This document shows, one piece after another, positions 1 to 11,100 of a DNA stretch of 64,000 nt. The stretch is from an uncultured virus (IMG/VR IMGVR_UViG_3300037508_001334). Lineage: Duplodnaviria > Heunggongvirae > Uroviricota > Caudoviricetes. The position numbers were made by a program, and so were the translations under genes. Within the stretch, counting starts at the first letter, position 1; every line of letters starts with the position of its first letter. Below the pieces are notes generated by a model. The model was not told the DNA's origin. It ran no database searches and saw only the letters and a list, made by a program, of their open reading frames with translations. Location: the IMG/VR virus record IMGVR_UViG_3300037508_001334; one strand, written 5' to 3'.

Positions 1-180
1 TGTGGAAAATGTGTTAAGTGATTATAATCAGTGTGCAATCGTGATTGATTCGTGATAGTTATCAGCAGTGTTTGCGATTTATTGTTGATTGTTTATATCG
101 GGCGTTGTTATTAAGCCCCCCCCCCCCTTATTAAAAAAGGCAAACTACCCTAACCTACAGAGGTGACAAATCGACCTCTA
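1..180. other. Non-coding control region (possible replication origin / transcription boundary)
   Basis: No credible ORF; G/T-rich 1-115 switching to A/C-rich; TGTGGAAAA at 1-9; C12 run at 116-127 flanked by TTATTAA on both sides; hairpin AGAGGT..ACCTCT at 159-179. Confidence 0.4.
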
Positions 181-184
181 AATA
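177..184 (+). promoter_or_regulatory. Putative late promoter (TCTAAATA variant)
   Basis: Variant of the T4 TATAAATA box about 30 nt before a GGAG-preceded ATG; the same variant precedes genes at 17351, 50669 and 60040. Confidence 0.5.
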
Positions 185-215
185 TCACTCTAATAAAAAA
201 TTTCCGGAGCAAAAA

Positions 216-296
216 ATGGGAGTCAAATGGATTCACAAAAATGGATACTCAAGACCAGACAAGAGGACTCTTAAAAAAGGTGGCAAAAAGAAATAA
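216..296 (+). CDS. 26-aa basic peptide MGVKWIHKNGYSRPDKRTLKKGGKKK (not in ORF track)
   Basis: GGAG at 206-209, ATG at 216, TAA at 294-296, downstream of a late-promoter-like box. Confidence 0.45.
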   Translation: MGVKWIHKNGYSRPDKRTLKKGGKKK

Positions 297-429
297 ACCC
301 CCATATTGGAATTTCTGGAAGGTTATTCTTGCAGGATGGATGATTCGGTATCCAAAGACAATGGCAAAGGTAGTGTTAATACCACTTACTTTTTTAATTG
401 TGCTCATATATAATGCAGTAACAAAATAA
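280..429 (+). CDS. Small membrane protein (about 49 aa)
   Basis: 3' part of ORF 163..429; GTG at 280 chosen as the likelier start; PYWNFWKVILAGW plus hydrophobic C-terminal helix. Confidence 0.55.
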   Translation: MAKRNKPPYWNFWKVILAGWMIRYPKTMAKVVLIPLTFLIVLIYNAVTK

Positions 430-464
430 GATTTGTTACAAAAAATTTTCGGAGATATTTTTGT

Positions 465-656
465 ATGGAAAAGATCTATCACATATATGCAAAAGATAGA
501 TGTTTGTTTCATTCAGTTAAAGAAGAAGATTTCCAAACAACGTGGAGCACCCTTAATAATATGGTTGGTATTATGAAAACTGACTATGTTATTGAAGATT
601 TGTCATATGAGGAACTGCTGATTAATAAAGAAGCAGCACTCAATTCTTCACATTGA
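465..656 (+). CDS. Hypothetical protein (63 aa)
   Basis: ORF with GGAG at 451-454, packed with neighbours. Confidence 0.7.
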   Translation: MEKIYHIYAKDRCLFHSVKEEDFQTTWSTLNNMVGIMKTDYVIEDLSYEELLINKEAALNSSH

Positions 657-681
657 CAAGTCATATATACAGTGTTAAAAT
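653..681 (+). promoter_or_regulatory. Sigma70-type (early/middle) promoter
   Basis: TTGACA (653-658), 17-nt spacer, TGn-extended TAAAAT (676-681), 25 nt upstream of the ATG at 707. Confidence 0.8.
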
Positions 682-706
682 TTGAACTGAAGGTTATTTT
701 AAACTT

Positions 707-1474
707 ATGGCAAAAGGATTTACAGTAAAAGCTTCTGCACCAAAATCTCAAAAACAAGAATGGGATATTGATTCAATTAAAGAAAGAATGAAAGGAAAGT
801 CAATTGTCTTTTGTCTTCCTGGCAGAGGATGTTCTTTTATTTTCTTAAAAGCATTTGTACAACTATGCTTTGATCTAGTACAAAATGGAATGAGTATTCA
901 AATTTCTCAAGATTACTCATCGATGGTTAACTTTGCACGGTGCAAATGCCTTGGTGCAAATGTACTTCGTGGACCAAAACAACTTCCTTGGGATGGAAAA
1001 CTTGAGTATGATTATCAACTTTGGATTGATAGTGATATTGTTTTTGATTCTAACAAGTTCTGGCAACTTTGTGATCTTGCTCTCTCAGAAGATGGCACAG
1101 AAAGAGAAGTAGTTGCTGGGTGGTATGCTACTGAAGATGGTCACACAACTTCTGTCGCACATTGGTTAGAAGAGGATGATTTCCGTAAGAATGGTGGAGT
1201 TATGAATCACGAAACCGTAGAATCAATTTCGAAACGTAAAAAACCTTTTACTGTTGATTATACTGGGTTTGGTTGGGTTCTGATTAAGAAAGGTGTCTTC
1301 GAGAATCTTGAGTATCCTTGGTTTGCACCTAAAATGCAAGTCTTTGAATCTGGTAATGTTCAAGACATGTGCGGAGAAGATGTCTCATTCTGTCTTGATG
1401 CAAAAGAAGCAGGTTTTGAAATCTGGTGCGATCCTCGTATTCGTGTAGGACACGAAAAAACTCGTATTATCTGA
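707..1474 (+). CDS. Glycosyltransferase-like protein (GT-A/GT2-like fold)
   Basis: WIDSD DxD motif, TGFGWVLIK, GEDVSFC and RVGH motifs typical of GT-A enzymes. Confidence 0.75.
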   Translation: MAKGFTVKASAPKSQKQEWDIDSIKERMKGKSIVFCLPGRGCSFIFLKAFVQLCFDLVQNGMSIQISQDYSSMVNFARCKCLGANVLRGPKQLPWDGKLEYDYQLWIDSDIVFDSNKFWQLCDLALSEDGTEREVVAGWYATEDGHTTSVAHWLEEDDFRKNGGVMNHETVESISKRKKPFTVDYTGFGWVLIKKGVFENLEYPWFAPKMQVFESGNVQDMCGEDVSFCLDAKEAGFEIWCDPRIRVGHEKTRII

Positions 1475-1623
1475 TGAAAAGATATAACATACTTTATCAA
1501 GGTCGTAAAATTTATATGAATCTCACTGCAGAAGAATGTAGTGAGATTCTTCAAGACTTCTCCGAAAAGTTTTATGATGGAGAGGAAATACGTCCAGAAT
1601 TAATTGAAATGGAGGAAATTTAA
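1474..1623 (+). CDS. Hypothetical acidic protein (49 aa, MKRYNILYQG...)
   Basis: TGATG overlap with the upstream stop; 3' part of ORF 1426..1623. Confidence 0.65.
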   Translation: MKRYNILYQGRKIYMNLTAEECSEILQDFSEKFYDGEEIRPELIEMEEI

Positions 1624-1766
1624 TGGCAAATCGTAAAAGTCTGAGTGGCTCAGCACAAATTGAGTCTCATCCAAAAAATACTCGGCAGGGACTCGGGAAG
1701 AATACAAAGTATGCTGCAACTAGCAGAAATAAAGCAAAAAAACCCTATAGAGGACAAGGTAAATAA
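1623..1766 (+). CDS. 47-aa basic protein ending ...KKPYRGQGK (not in ORF track)
   Basis: GGAGG RBS, TAATG overlap, MANRKSLSGSAQIESHPKNTRQGLGKNTKYAATSRNKAKKPYRGQGK, followed directly by a terminator. Confidence 0.75.
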   Translation: MANRKSLSGSAQIESHPKNTRQGLGKNTKYAATSRNKAKKPYRGQGK

Positions 1767-1770
1767 TTTT

Positions 1771-1804
1771 AAAACACTTAGAGTAACCTCTAGGTGTTTT
1801 TTTT
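1771..1804 (+). terminator. Rho-independent terminator
   Basis: AAAACACTTAGAG-TAAC-CTCTAGGTGTTTT stem (one G-U pair) running into a T tract. Confidence 0.8.
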
Positions 1805-1889
1805 ATATAACTAGTTACCGGAAGCGCCGTCGTTTCTCGTTTTGAAGGAAATCAAAACCCGAAAAAACCAAAACAGAAAAAATTTCCGA

Positions 1890-2573
1890 ATGTCTTACTT
1901 AAATCATAATCTTCCAACGATTACTTGCTATATTCGCAATGAATTTCTCTACAATCATAAAAAAGGGCACGGAGAGGTAACTTTGTGCGATGTACACTCT
2001 GTAGCATCCTTAGAGAAGCACGTACCCCTCTTTGAGTCGTTTTTAGAAAATGGAGTCAACTGGACAAGAAGACCGATTCATGCATTTTGTTGGAAACCTG
2101 ATGCACCAGTTCCTGAATTAGAAGAGTGTATGTGGTGGGATTGCTTTTCTCCTTATATTGATGTTCAAGTACGTTCAAGATTGTCTAATTTACGTGCCGA
2201 ACTAATCAATTATAAGGGAAAGAAGAATGAAGGAACCTATATGTTTACTCTTGATTGGTCATGGGAATCAAAATCAACACTGAATACTAACTTTAGTGAA
2301 ACTCCAGAGCACAAATGTGCCCATTTTTTCAAAATGGACAATGGAAACTTCTATGCATATCCTAATAACAAGATATTATGGTATGACGATGCATGGACTC
2401 GCAACAGAATTACTAAAAATCCGGGGTATGAAATCGACTCGACTGAATATTCTGTCGAAAATCGTCGTAAAATTGAAACATCTGACGATTTTATGTACGA
2501 AATTAAGAACATTCGGGATAGCAACCCCGTAAAAAGTTCTGATCTAACAAATCAGGAGCAAAACAATGACTAA
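1890..2573 (+). CDS. Conserved hypothetical phage protein (227 aa)
   Basis: ATG at 1890 (MSYLNHNLP) within ORF 1842..2573; aromatic-rich globular sequence. Confidence 0.75.
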   Translation: MSYLNHNLPTITCYIRNEFLYNHKKGHGEVTLCDVHSVASLEKHVPLFESFLENGVNWTRRPIHAFCWKPDAPVPELEECMWWDCFSPYIDVQVRSRLSNLRAELINYKGKKNEGTYMFTLDWSWESKSTLNTNFSETPEHKCAHFFKMDNGNFYAYPNNKILWYDDAWTRNRITKNPGYEIDSTEYSVENRRKIETSDDFMYEIKNIRDSNPVKSSDLTNQEQNND

Positions 2574-2820
2574 ACACATCGATAAAGACCAAAATTTTAT
2601 GAAAAATGAATGGGGAACTAAATTTTTGGCAACAGAATATGGTTGGGAAGAAAAAATTTTGAACCAAAAAATGCTTCGTGAAATCAACAATGATGACATT
2701 ACACCCAAAAAACACGATTTCTTTCATCAGAACGAAATTCACGAAAAAATTAGAAATGATGACGATTATGACGATTGGAATTATGGAACAGAACCCATTT
2801 ATGGATCCATAAAAGGGTAA
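2566..2820 (+). CDS. Hypothetical protein (84 aa)
   Basis: AGGAG RBS; FMKNEWGT motif; acidic C-terminus. Confidence 0.7.
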   Translation: MTKHIDKDQNFMKNEWGTKFLATEYGWEEKILNQKMLREINNDDITPKKHDFFHQNEIHEKIRNDDDYDDWNYGTEPIYGSIKG

Positions 2821-2826
2821 TAAATA
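2819..2826 (+). promoter_or_regulatory. Late promoter for the baseplate operon
   Basis: AATAAATA 20 nt upstream of gp25. Confidence 0.75.
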
Positions 2827-2846
2827 AGATAGAATTATAATATTAA

Positions 2847-3248
2847 ATGCCTTTAGAAAGGGTTAATCAAGGGTTTAAAGATATTAGTATGTCATTTCAG
2901 GTTAGTCCCCTGAATAGTGACTTGATTGCCCTTAAAAACGAAACTGCTATTTCTCGTTCAATTCGAAATATTGTATTTACAATTCCTGGAGAGAAATTTT
3001 TTAATGAAAATTTTGGTTCAAATATCTCTAGAACACTCTTCGAGAATATCGATGATATTTCTGCATCAATGATTGTCGATGAAATTAAACAATCCATACA
3101 AAATTATGAACCGAGAGTTCAATTGATTGATGTACAAGCATATCCAAACTATGATAATAACTCTTTCGATGTGAAAATAGTATACAATATTATTGGAGCA
3201 GATGTTCCTACACAACAATTACAATTTGTATTGCAACCAACTAGGTAA
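2847..3248 (+). CDS. gp25: Baseplate wedge subunit gp25
   Basis: FKDIS, SIRNIV..GEKFF..FGS and YEPRV motifs of the gp25 family; synteny. Confidence 0.93.
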   Translation: MPLERVNQGFKDISMSFQVSPLNSDLIALKNETAISRSIRNIVFTIPGEKFFNENFGSNISRTLFENIDDISASMIVDEIKQSIQNYEPRVQLIDVQAYPNYDNNSFDVKIVYNIIGADVPTQQLQFVLQPTR

Positions 3249-5177
3249 ATGCCATTAGTAAATTTTACGAATCTGGATTTTGACCAGATTAAAACCACAC
3301 TTAGAGATTACCTCAAAGCAAATTCAAATTTCACAGATTATGACTTTGAGGGGTCTAATCTTTCGACTATTCTTGATGTGTTGGCATATAATACCTATAT
3401 TACCTCATATAATGCAAATATGGTTGCAAATGAGGTATTCATCGATAGTGCAACACTTAGAGAAAATGTTGTTGCACTTGCAAGAAATATTGGATATATA
3501 CCCCGTTCAAAAAAAGCAGCAAGAGCAACAATAAGTTTTTTTGTAGATTGTTCAGATATTAAACCAACTCCAGTATCATTAACTCTCAAAAAAGGCCCTG
3601 TAGCGAGTACCTCCGGAACTTTTGGAAATCAGTCTTTTGTTTTTTCGATTTGGGATGATGTTACAGTTCCTGTTTTTGATAATATTGCATCATTCAATGA
3701 TATTCCAATTTATGAAGGAACGTTGCTAACATCTAATTTCACATATACCTCCAGAAATCCGAATCAAAAAATTATATTACCTAACATAGGAATTGATACA
3801 GATTTAATTTCTGTAATCATAAAAAATAATCAACAGTCATCAGTTTCTATAAAATATAATCGTCAAGATAGTCTTTTTGAAATAGATAAAGAATCTGAGA
3901 TTTATTTTTTGCAAGAAATTGAAGATGAAAGATATGAACTAATTTTTGGAGATAATGTTTTTGGGAAGGCCCTCCAAGACGGAAATTATATAGAAGTATC
4001 TTATATTGTTACAAATGGTGATTCTGCAAATGGAGTTGGACAGTTTTCTTACTCGGGAAGATTAACATATACAAGAAACTCTACAGAATATACGGTTACA
4101 TCTGGAGTATCTCTTTTAACTACTGGGTTAGTTGCTTCTGGTGGAGAAAATATTGAATCTGTAGAATCTATTAAAAAATATGCACCAAGAATATATTCTT
4201 CCCAAAACAGAGCAGTAACTGCAAATGACTATGAAACTTTAATACCATCAAAAATTTATCCAGAAACAGAATCTATATCTGTTTTTGGTGGTGAAGAATT
4301 AATTCCTCCACAGTATGGAAAAGTTTTTATTAGTATTAAACCGAGAAGTGGGGATTTTCTATCAAATTTAGTTAAAGAAAATATTAAACTTAAACTCAAA
4401 AAATATGCCGTAGCTGGTATTATTCCTGAAATTTTGGATTTAAAATATCTTTATATTGAAATCGATTCAAAAATTTATTATAACACAAATCTTGCTCCTA
4501 GTGCATCTTATGTTTCTAACATTGTACAATCAAATACAAATAAGTATGCAGAATCGACAGAATTAAACAAATATGGTGCTAGATTTAAATATAGTAAATT
4601 TTTAAAGATTATTGACGAAAGTCACGAATCTGTAACTTCAAATATTACAAATATTCAAATTAGAAGAGACTTGGGAGTTTCTTTGAATAGTTTTGCTGAA
4701 TATTCAATTGGATTTGGGAATGAATTTCATATTAATAGTATGAGTGGATATAATATAAAATCCACAGCATTCAGAGTAAGTGGAATTTCTCAAGATGTTT
4801 ACCTATCAGATATTCCAAATACAAATAGAACCACTGGTTCAATCTTTTTATTTAATGTTCCAAATATGTCCTCGACTACACCAACAATTTTGAGGAGAAA
4901 TGCTGGAACAATTAATTACACATCTGGGATTATTACTCTCAATCCCATTATTATTACTTCAGCAAAACAAAAAAATGGGCAACCTGTTATTGAGATATCA
5001 GTAACACCAAAATCAAATGACGTTATAGGATTGCAGGATTTATATTTGCAACTAGATATTAGTAAGAGTAATTTTGAAATGGTAGTGGATGAAATTTCAT
5101 CAGGATTAGATCCATCAGCATCAAATTACATTGTTTCATCAAGTTACACAAACAACGGGAATTTAGTAAGATCATAA
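3249..5177 (+). CDS. gp6: Baseplate wedge subunit gp6
   Basis: LDFDQIK, DYDFEGSNLS.ILDVLAYNT and QNRAVTANDY motifs. Confidence 0.95.
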   Translation: MPLVNFTNLDFDQIKTTLRDYLKANSNFTDYDFEGSNLSTILDVLAYNTYITSYNANMVANEVFIDSATLRENVVALARNIGYIPRSKKAARATISFFVDCSDIKPTPVSLTLKKGPVASTSGTFGNQSFVFSIWDDVTVPVFDNIASFNDIPIYEGTLLTSNFTYTSRNPNQKIILPNIGIDTDLISVIIKNNQQSSVSIKYNRQDSLFEIDKESEIYFLQEIEDERYELIFGDNVFGKALQDGNYIEVSYIVTNGDSANGVGQFSYSGRLTYTRNSTEYTVTSGVSLLTTGLVASGGENIESVESIKKYAPRIYSSQNRAVTANDYETLIPSKIYPETESISVFGGEELIPPQYGKVFISIKPRSGDFLSNLVKENIKLKLKKYAVAGIIPEILDLKYLYIEIDSKIYYNTNLAPSASYVSNIVQSNTNKYAESTELNKYGARFKYSKFLKIIDESHESVTSNITNIQIRRDLGVSLNSFAEYSIGFGNEFHINSMSGYNIKSTAFRVSGISQDVYLSDIPNTNRTTGSIFLFNVPNMSSTTPTILRRNAGTINYTSGIITLNPIIITSAKQKNGQPVIEISVTPKSNDVIGLQDLYLQLDISKSNFEMVVDEISSGLDPSASNYIVSSSYTNNGNLVRS

Positions 5178-5181
5178 ACAA

Positions 5182-8100
5182 ATGACAGAAAAGAGAGTTC
5201 AGTTCAGCAACATTGTTAAAAATCAACTTCCTTCTTATGTCAGAGAAGAGTTTCCATTAATATCAGAATTTCTTTCGCAATATTATATTTCGCAGGAATT
5301 TACAAGTGCTCCTGTTGATCTCATCCAAAACATAGATCAATATGTAAAAGTAGATAACTTAACAAATAGTACAGATTACGCCTTTCTTTCATCTACTATT
5401 TCAGATATCGATACAACTATTCCAATAGATTTGGGATTAAACAAAGAGGGAACATCAAACTTTCCAAAATCTTATGGGTTAATTCAAATTGATGACGAAA
5501 TAATTACATATACAGGAATTACGACCAGTTCTTTTACAGGATGTGTAAGAGGATTTAGTGGAATAACCTCTTACACGACACAAAATATTCCAGATCAGTT
5601 AACATTTAAATCCACTGAATCAGCAACACATTCTAAAGGAACCAAAATTATCAATTTAAGTTCTTTATTTCTTAAAGAATTTTTATCTAAAATAAAATAT
5701 CAACTTTCTCCTGGATTTGAAGATAGATCTTTATACACTGAATTGGATCAATCAATATTTTTAAAACAAATTAAAGATTTTTATCAGAGCAAAGGAACAG
5801 ATGAATCTTTTAAAATTTTATTTAAAGTTTTATATGGAAAGGAAGTTAAGGTTATTAACCCAAAAGAAAATCTTTTCAGGCCATCAGATGCTCATTATAG
5901 ACTAACTAATGATATAGTTGTTGAAAGTATTTTTGGCGATCCTTCAGATTTAACAAATCAAACTTTGTATCAGAATGACTATTTGAATATATCATATGCT
6001 CGCAGTCCAATAACTTATGTTGAAAAAATAATTTCAGGAATTGGTAATACTTATTATAAATTAAGTTTGGATTCTGGATATAATAGAGATTTGATTGCTA
6101 ATGGTGCAACTATTGGAAAATTCACTGTTCATCCCACAACAAAAATAGTTGGTCCTGTTTCCTCTGGTGCAACTGTTTTTGATGTTGATTCTACAGTAGG
6201 ATTCCCAATAAATGGAGAATTGTTGGTAAACTATGGAGATCAAACTACAGGTGTTGTTACTTACAGTTCAAAATCTTTAACACAATTTTTTGGTTGTTCG
6301 GGAGTAACTAAAACTATTCCAGATTTTGCATCAATTGGGATTAATACATATGCTCATGCATATAATACAGACGGATCTTTGGTAAAATTAAGAGTAACTT
6401 CTGTTTTAAACTCTACAGAAATTTTAGGAAATACGAGATATCATTACAAAAATGACACTTCTGTAATTAGGACTTTGGGAGTAAATTCTAATGATGTTTA
6501 TTCTAAAGATTGGTTCTTTAATATTCCAATATCATATAATGTAAAATCAATTCTTTCTCGTGGAACAGGTGATACTTATAATATAACTACAGAAAATAAA
6601 AATATATTTAAAATAGGAGATGAAATTAGTATAATTTCAAGTTCTGGATCAAAAATACTTTCGACAATTATTGATCTAATTTCAAGTTCTACTTTTACGA
6701 TAAAGGGTCAAGGTATTATAGATCTATCAGATAGATATACAATTAAAAAAAATATCTCAAAAACAAATTCAACGTATTTTTCTAACATTTCAAAAATAAA
6801 TTCAAATACACAGAATGTGTATAAATTGGGAGAAAAAACATTAATCACATCTCCATCCATACCATCATATTATAAACAAACACTAGATGCTACTGACAGA
6901 TCTATTGTTTTTTCTGGAACATTTTCTGGAAATGTTTTTACCATAACATCAAATTGGGATCATGGTTTTTATACTGGAGATTGCATTTATTATACTCCAG
7001 AAGTAATTTACGCACAAAGTACGGATTCTGAAGGAATTACTTCTACAATAAAAACTACTAAAAGTTTCTTGTTTGATGAAGGAATTTATTTCGTAAAAAG
7101 AATTGATGAAAATAGAATTAGTTTGGCAAAGAGTAGAACAAATATTTTCAATAATATATTCATATCTTTATTAGACAATACTACTGTAACTAACAATAAA
7201 ATTGAAATTTATGAATTTAAATTTAAAACTTTAAATACACAAAAACTTCTCAGAGAACTATCTTCGCCAATTGATGACGGTAATGTATATGATACAAAAC
7301 CAGGATTTACCGGAATTTTACTTAATGGTGTAGAAATTTTAAATTACAAATCCAGTGAATCCATATATTATGGAAAAATAGAAGAAATAGAAGTAACTGC
7401 ATCCGGATCCAATTATGATGTCATTAATCCACCAATTTTAAGTATAACAGATTCAATTGGCACTGGAGCAACTGGATTTTGTGCTGTTAGAGGATCACTT
7501 CAAGAAATTAGAATTATAGATCCAGGATTTGACTATCTAGATACTCCCATAATCAAAGTAACAGGTGGAAATGGTATTGGTGCCAAAGCATATGCAAATA
7601 TGAAGTTGGTCGAACACGAGTCTATTTTTAATTCTCAAGGAAATGCAAATTTAATTGGCATTGGAAGTGCATTATCGACAATTGGATTTACAACTTATCA
7701 TAAGTTTAGAAATGCAGAAAGAGTAATTTACAAAACAGATGGGCAAAGAGGTGTTGGAGGATTGTCTACGGATGCATCATATTTTGTTTCCATAATAGAC
7801 GATTTCACAATTAAACTTCATAAAAATTTAGATGATGCTATTGTTGGAATTAATACAATTACTCTATTATCCTATGGCATAGGTAATCATAAAATTAAAT
7901 CATATGATCAAAAATCGATTATTGGGTCTATTAATATCGAAAATCCAGGATCTGGATATGAAAATAAAAAAAGAACGACAACACATATTGGGATTAATAC
8001 ATCATTATCTCAAATTGAAATAAAAAATCATAATTATAATTCTGGAGAAAAAGTTGTATATACGACAGATTTTACTCCTATTGGTGGCCTAACAACAAAT

Positions 8101-11100
8101 ACAGAATATATTGTAACAAAAATCAATGATGATTCTTTTAAATTATCTGCCATTGGAATTGGTAGTGTAAATTATGATTTTTATTATAATACCAAACAAT
8201 ATATTAAATTTAATTCATCTGGATTAGGAACTCATGTATTCAATTACCCAGAAATTAAAGTAGAAATTATAGGTAATATTGGGATTTCATCTATAGGAAA
8301 TAAGTCTTTTAATGCTGAAGTCCAACCAATTTTTAGGGGACAAATTACATCTGTCCATTTAACTTCGGGTGGAATTGGATATGGATCCTCGGAAATAATT
8401 AATTTTTATAGGCAACCATCTTTTGTTTTAAAATCTGGAAAATCTGCACAGTTAAATCCCATCGTTTCTACTGACGGGAAAATTACTGAAGTGTTAATTG
8501 ATAATACTGGATCAGAATATAATTCTCCTCCAAGTTTAATAATAAATGGAACAGGAACTGGCGCTGTTTTAACTCCAATAATCACCAATAATCAATTGAC
8601 ATCTGTAAAAGTAATTGAAAATGGGATAGGATATTCACCAGAATCAACCTCTGTAGATATAATTCCTTCAGGTTCTTCGGCAGAATTTGTAGCAAAGATA
8701 CAATCTTGGACAATTAATTTATTTAAAAAATATTATTCTTCAATAACTTCTGATGATGGTATTATTTCCAATGGGTTAAATGAGAGCTTTGGACTTCAAT
8801 ATTCCCATTTATATGCTCCAAGAAAATTAAGAGAGATAATTCAACCATCAGATCAGAGTGGAAATAAAGTATATGGAAAAACTGATTTAATAAAGCAAAA
8901 TAATGTAGAAGTAGATACAACAAGTCATTCTCCCATTATTGGGTGGGCATATGATGGTAATCCAATTTATGGTCCATATGGGTATATAACAAAAACGGGA
9001 GGAGTTGTCACTCAACTTAAGTCCGGATATGATCGTGATGAATCTCCAAAACCAAATAGGCCATCTATAAATTCTTTCGATCTTGGTTTTTTTGTAGAAG
9101 ATTTTACCTTTTATAAAAAAAGTGATGATAGATTTCTTGATGAGAATAATGGAAGATTTTGCGTTACTCCAGAATTTCCAGAAGGAACTTATGCATACTT
9201 TTCTACTTTAGAAGAATTTTCTGATAGTAGTGGAAAATTTGCAACTTACAAGCAACCAAAATTTCCATATTTAATTGGTAATTACTTTAAATCAAAACCA
9301 ATAGAATTTAATTTTGCAAAAAAATCAAATCAGGATGATATTGACTTAAATGAGACTGGGTGGTTAAGAAACACTTATTTTTATAATTTAATAAATGATG
9401 AAGCTTCATATTCATACATAACTGCACCAAACAATTTAAATCAAACAATAGATGTTGAATTTGCATCTCCTGGTTCAGTAGAATCAATAGGAATTGTAAC
9501 GGGAGGGCAAAACTATAAAGTTAATGATTCTATTATTTTTAATAATACAGGTACTCAAGGTTATAATTTAAGTGCCAAAATTTCCAAAATTGAGGGAAAA
9601 TATGTATCTTCAGTAAGTGTTGCATCTAGTACTATTTCTAATGCAGAAATATACCCAACAGGAAATAATGGTGATTACATAATTATTGCAAATGAACCAC
9701 ATAATTTTAAAAATGGTGACTTTGTGTCTGTTTATGGATTAAATACAACATCTTCTTTGATAGAGGGGTCATATAAAGCAGGAATATCAACAAATATTCT
9801 AAGTGTTATAAATTCAGGAACTGTGGTCACTGGCATTGAAAGTGCTGGAGTGACTGGAATTATTACTTACATCAAGGTTTCTGGTAATTTAAAATATCCA
9901 AATATAAAAGAAAATGATATTCTTTCTATTGAGAATGAAAAATTAAAAGTCCTCAATGTTGATAGTCTAAATTCAAGAATTAGAGTTATTCGATCATATC
10001 AGGGGACAATTGGTTCTGCTCATACATCATCAACTCAACTCAAGGAGGATTCGAGAAAATTAATTATTAATGTAGGTTATAAAACTTCTTATGATTATCG
10101 AATTAATACCGAATTATATTTTGATCCAATAGATTCTGTTGGACTTGGATCTCTATCTGGAGTTGGTATTGGTACAACTATCACATTTAGCAATCCTGGA
10201 GCAGGAATAACTCAAATTTTTATTCCAACTAAAACAATTTATATTCCAAATCACGGACTAGAGACTGGTGATCTTGTTACCTATTCAAACAATGGTGGAT
10301 TATCTTTAGTAGTTTCATCAACAGGAATTGGAACTACCACTCTTGCCAACCAATCAAACGTTTATGTTGCAAAAATTTCTAATGATTTGATTGGTATATC
10401 TACGGTTCAAGTTGGACTTGGATCTACTGGTACTTTTGTTGGTATTGCTAGTACTCAAAGATCTCAATCTACATTATATTTTATGGGATTGGGATCTGGA
10501 GTCTATCATAGCTTTAAAACTAATTTTGATGTAATTTCTGGAACAATTGAAAGAAATCTTGTTACAGTTTCTTGCTCATCAACTCACGGATTGAATAATA
10601 ATGATACCGTTTATGTTAACGTTAATCCATCAATTTCGACGACATTTACTGTAAAATATAATGATTACAATAGAAAAATAGGAATCAATCCAAAGACGTT
10701 TGTTTCTGTCGGTGTCAATACATTTACGAATACTATCACCATACAAGATCACCAGTTATATAACGGACAAAAGGTAATACATACATCATCTTCACCCGCG
10801 GGTGGTTTACAAAGTGAGAAAGAATATTATGTAATAAGAGTAGATAAAAATAATATCAAATTATCCGATACTTTTTATACTGCAACGATAATAAAACCAA
10901 TACCTGTAGGAATTACAAGTTCTTCATTTGGAACGATTTTACCAGTTAATCCACCAATAACACTCTATAAAAATTCAACTGCTATTTTTGATTTAGCAGA
11001 TTCTTCTCTTTCTTATGCGAATCAATCTCAAAGATATCCAGCATTTAGTTTAGATTTTTATAAAGACAGCAATTTTACTCAAAAATTTGAATCAAGTAAG

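Noticed and set aside
163..279. N-terminal extension of ORF 163..429
   Set aside because: Starts upstream of the late box, inside a hairpin, and overlaps a better RBS-led peptide; GTG at 280 is preferred
1645..1845. 66-aa ORF in the track
   Set aside because: Alternative frame of the 1623-1766 gene and runs through a terminator
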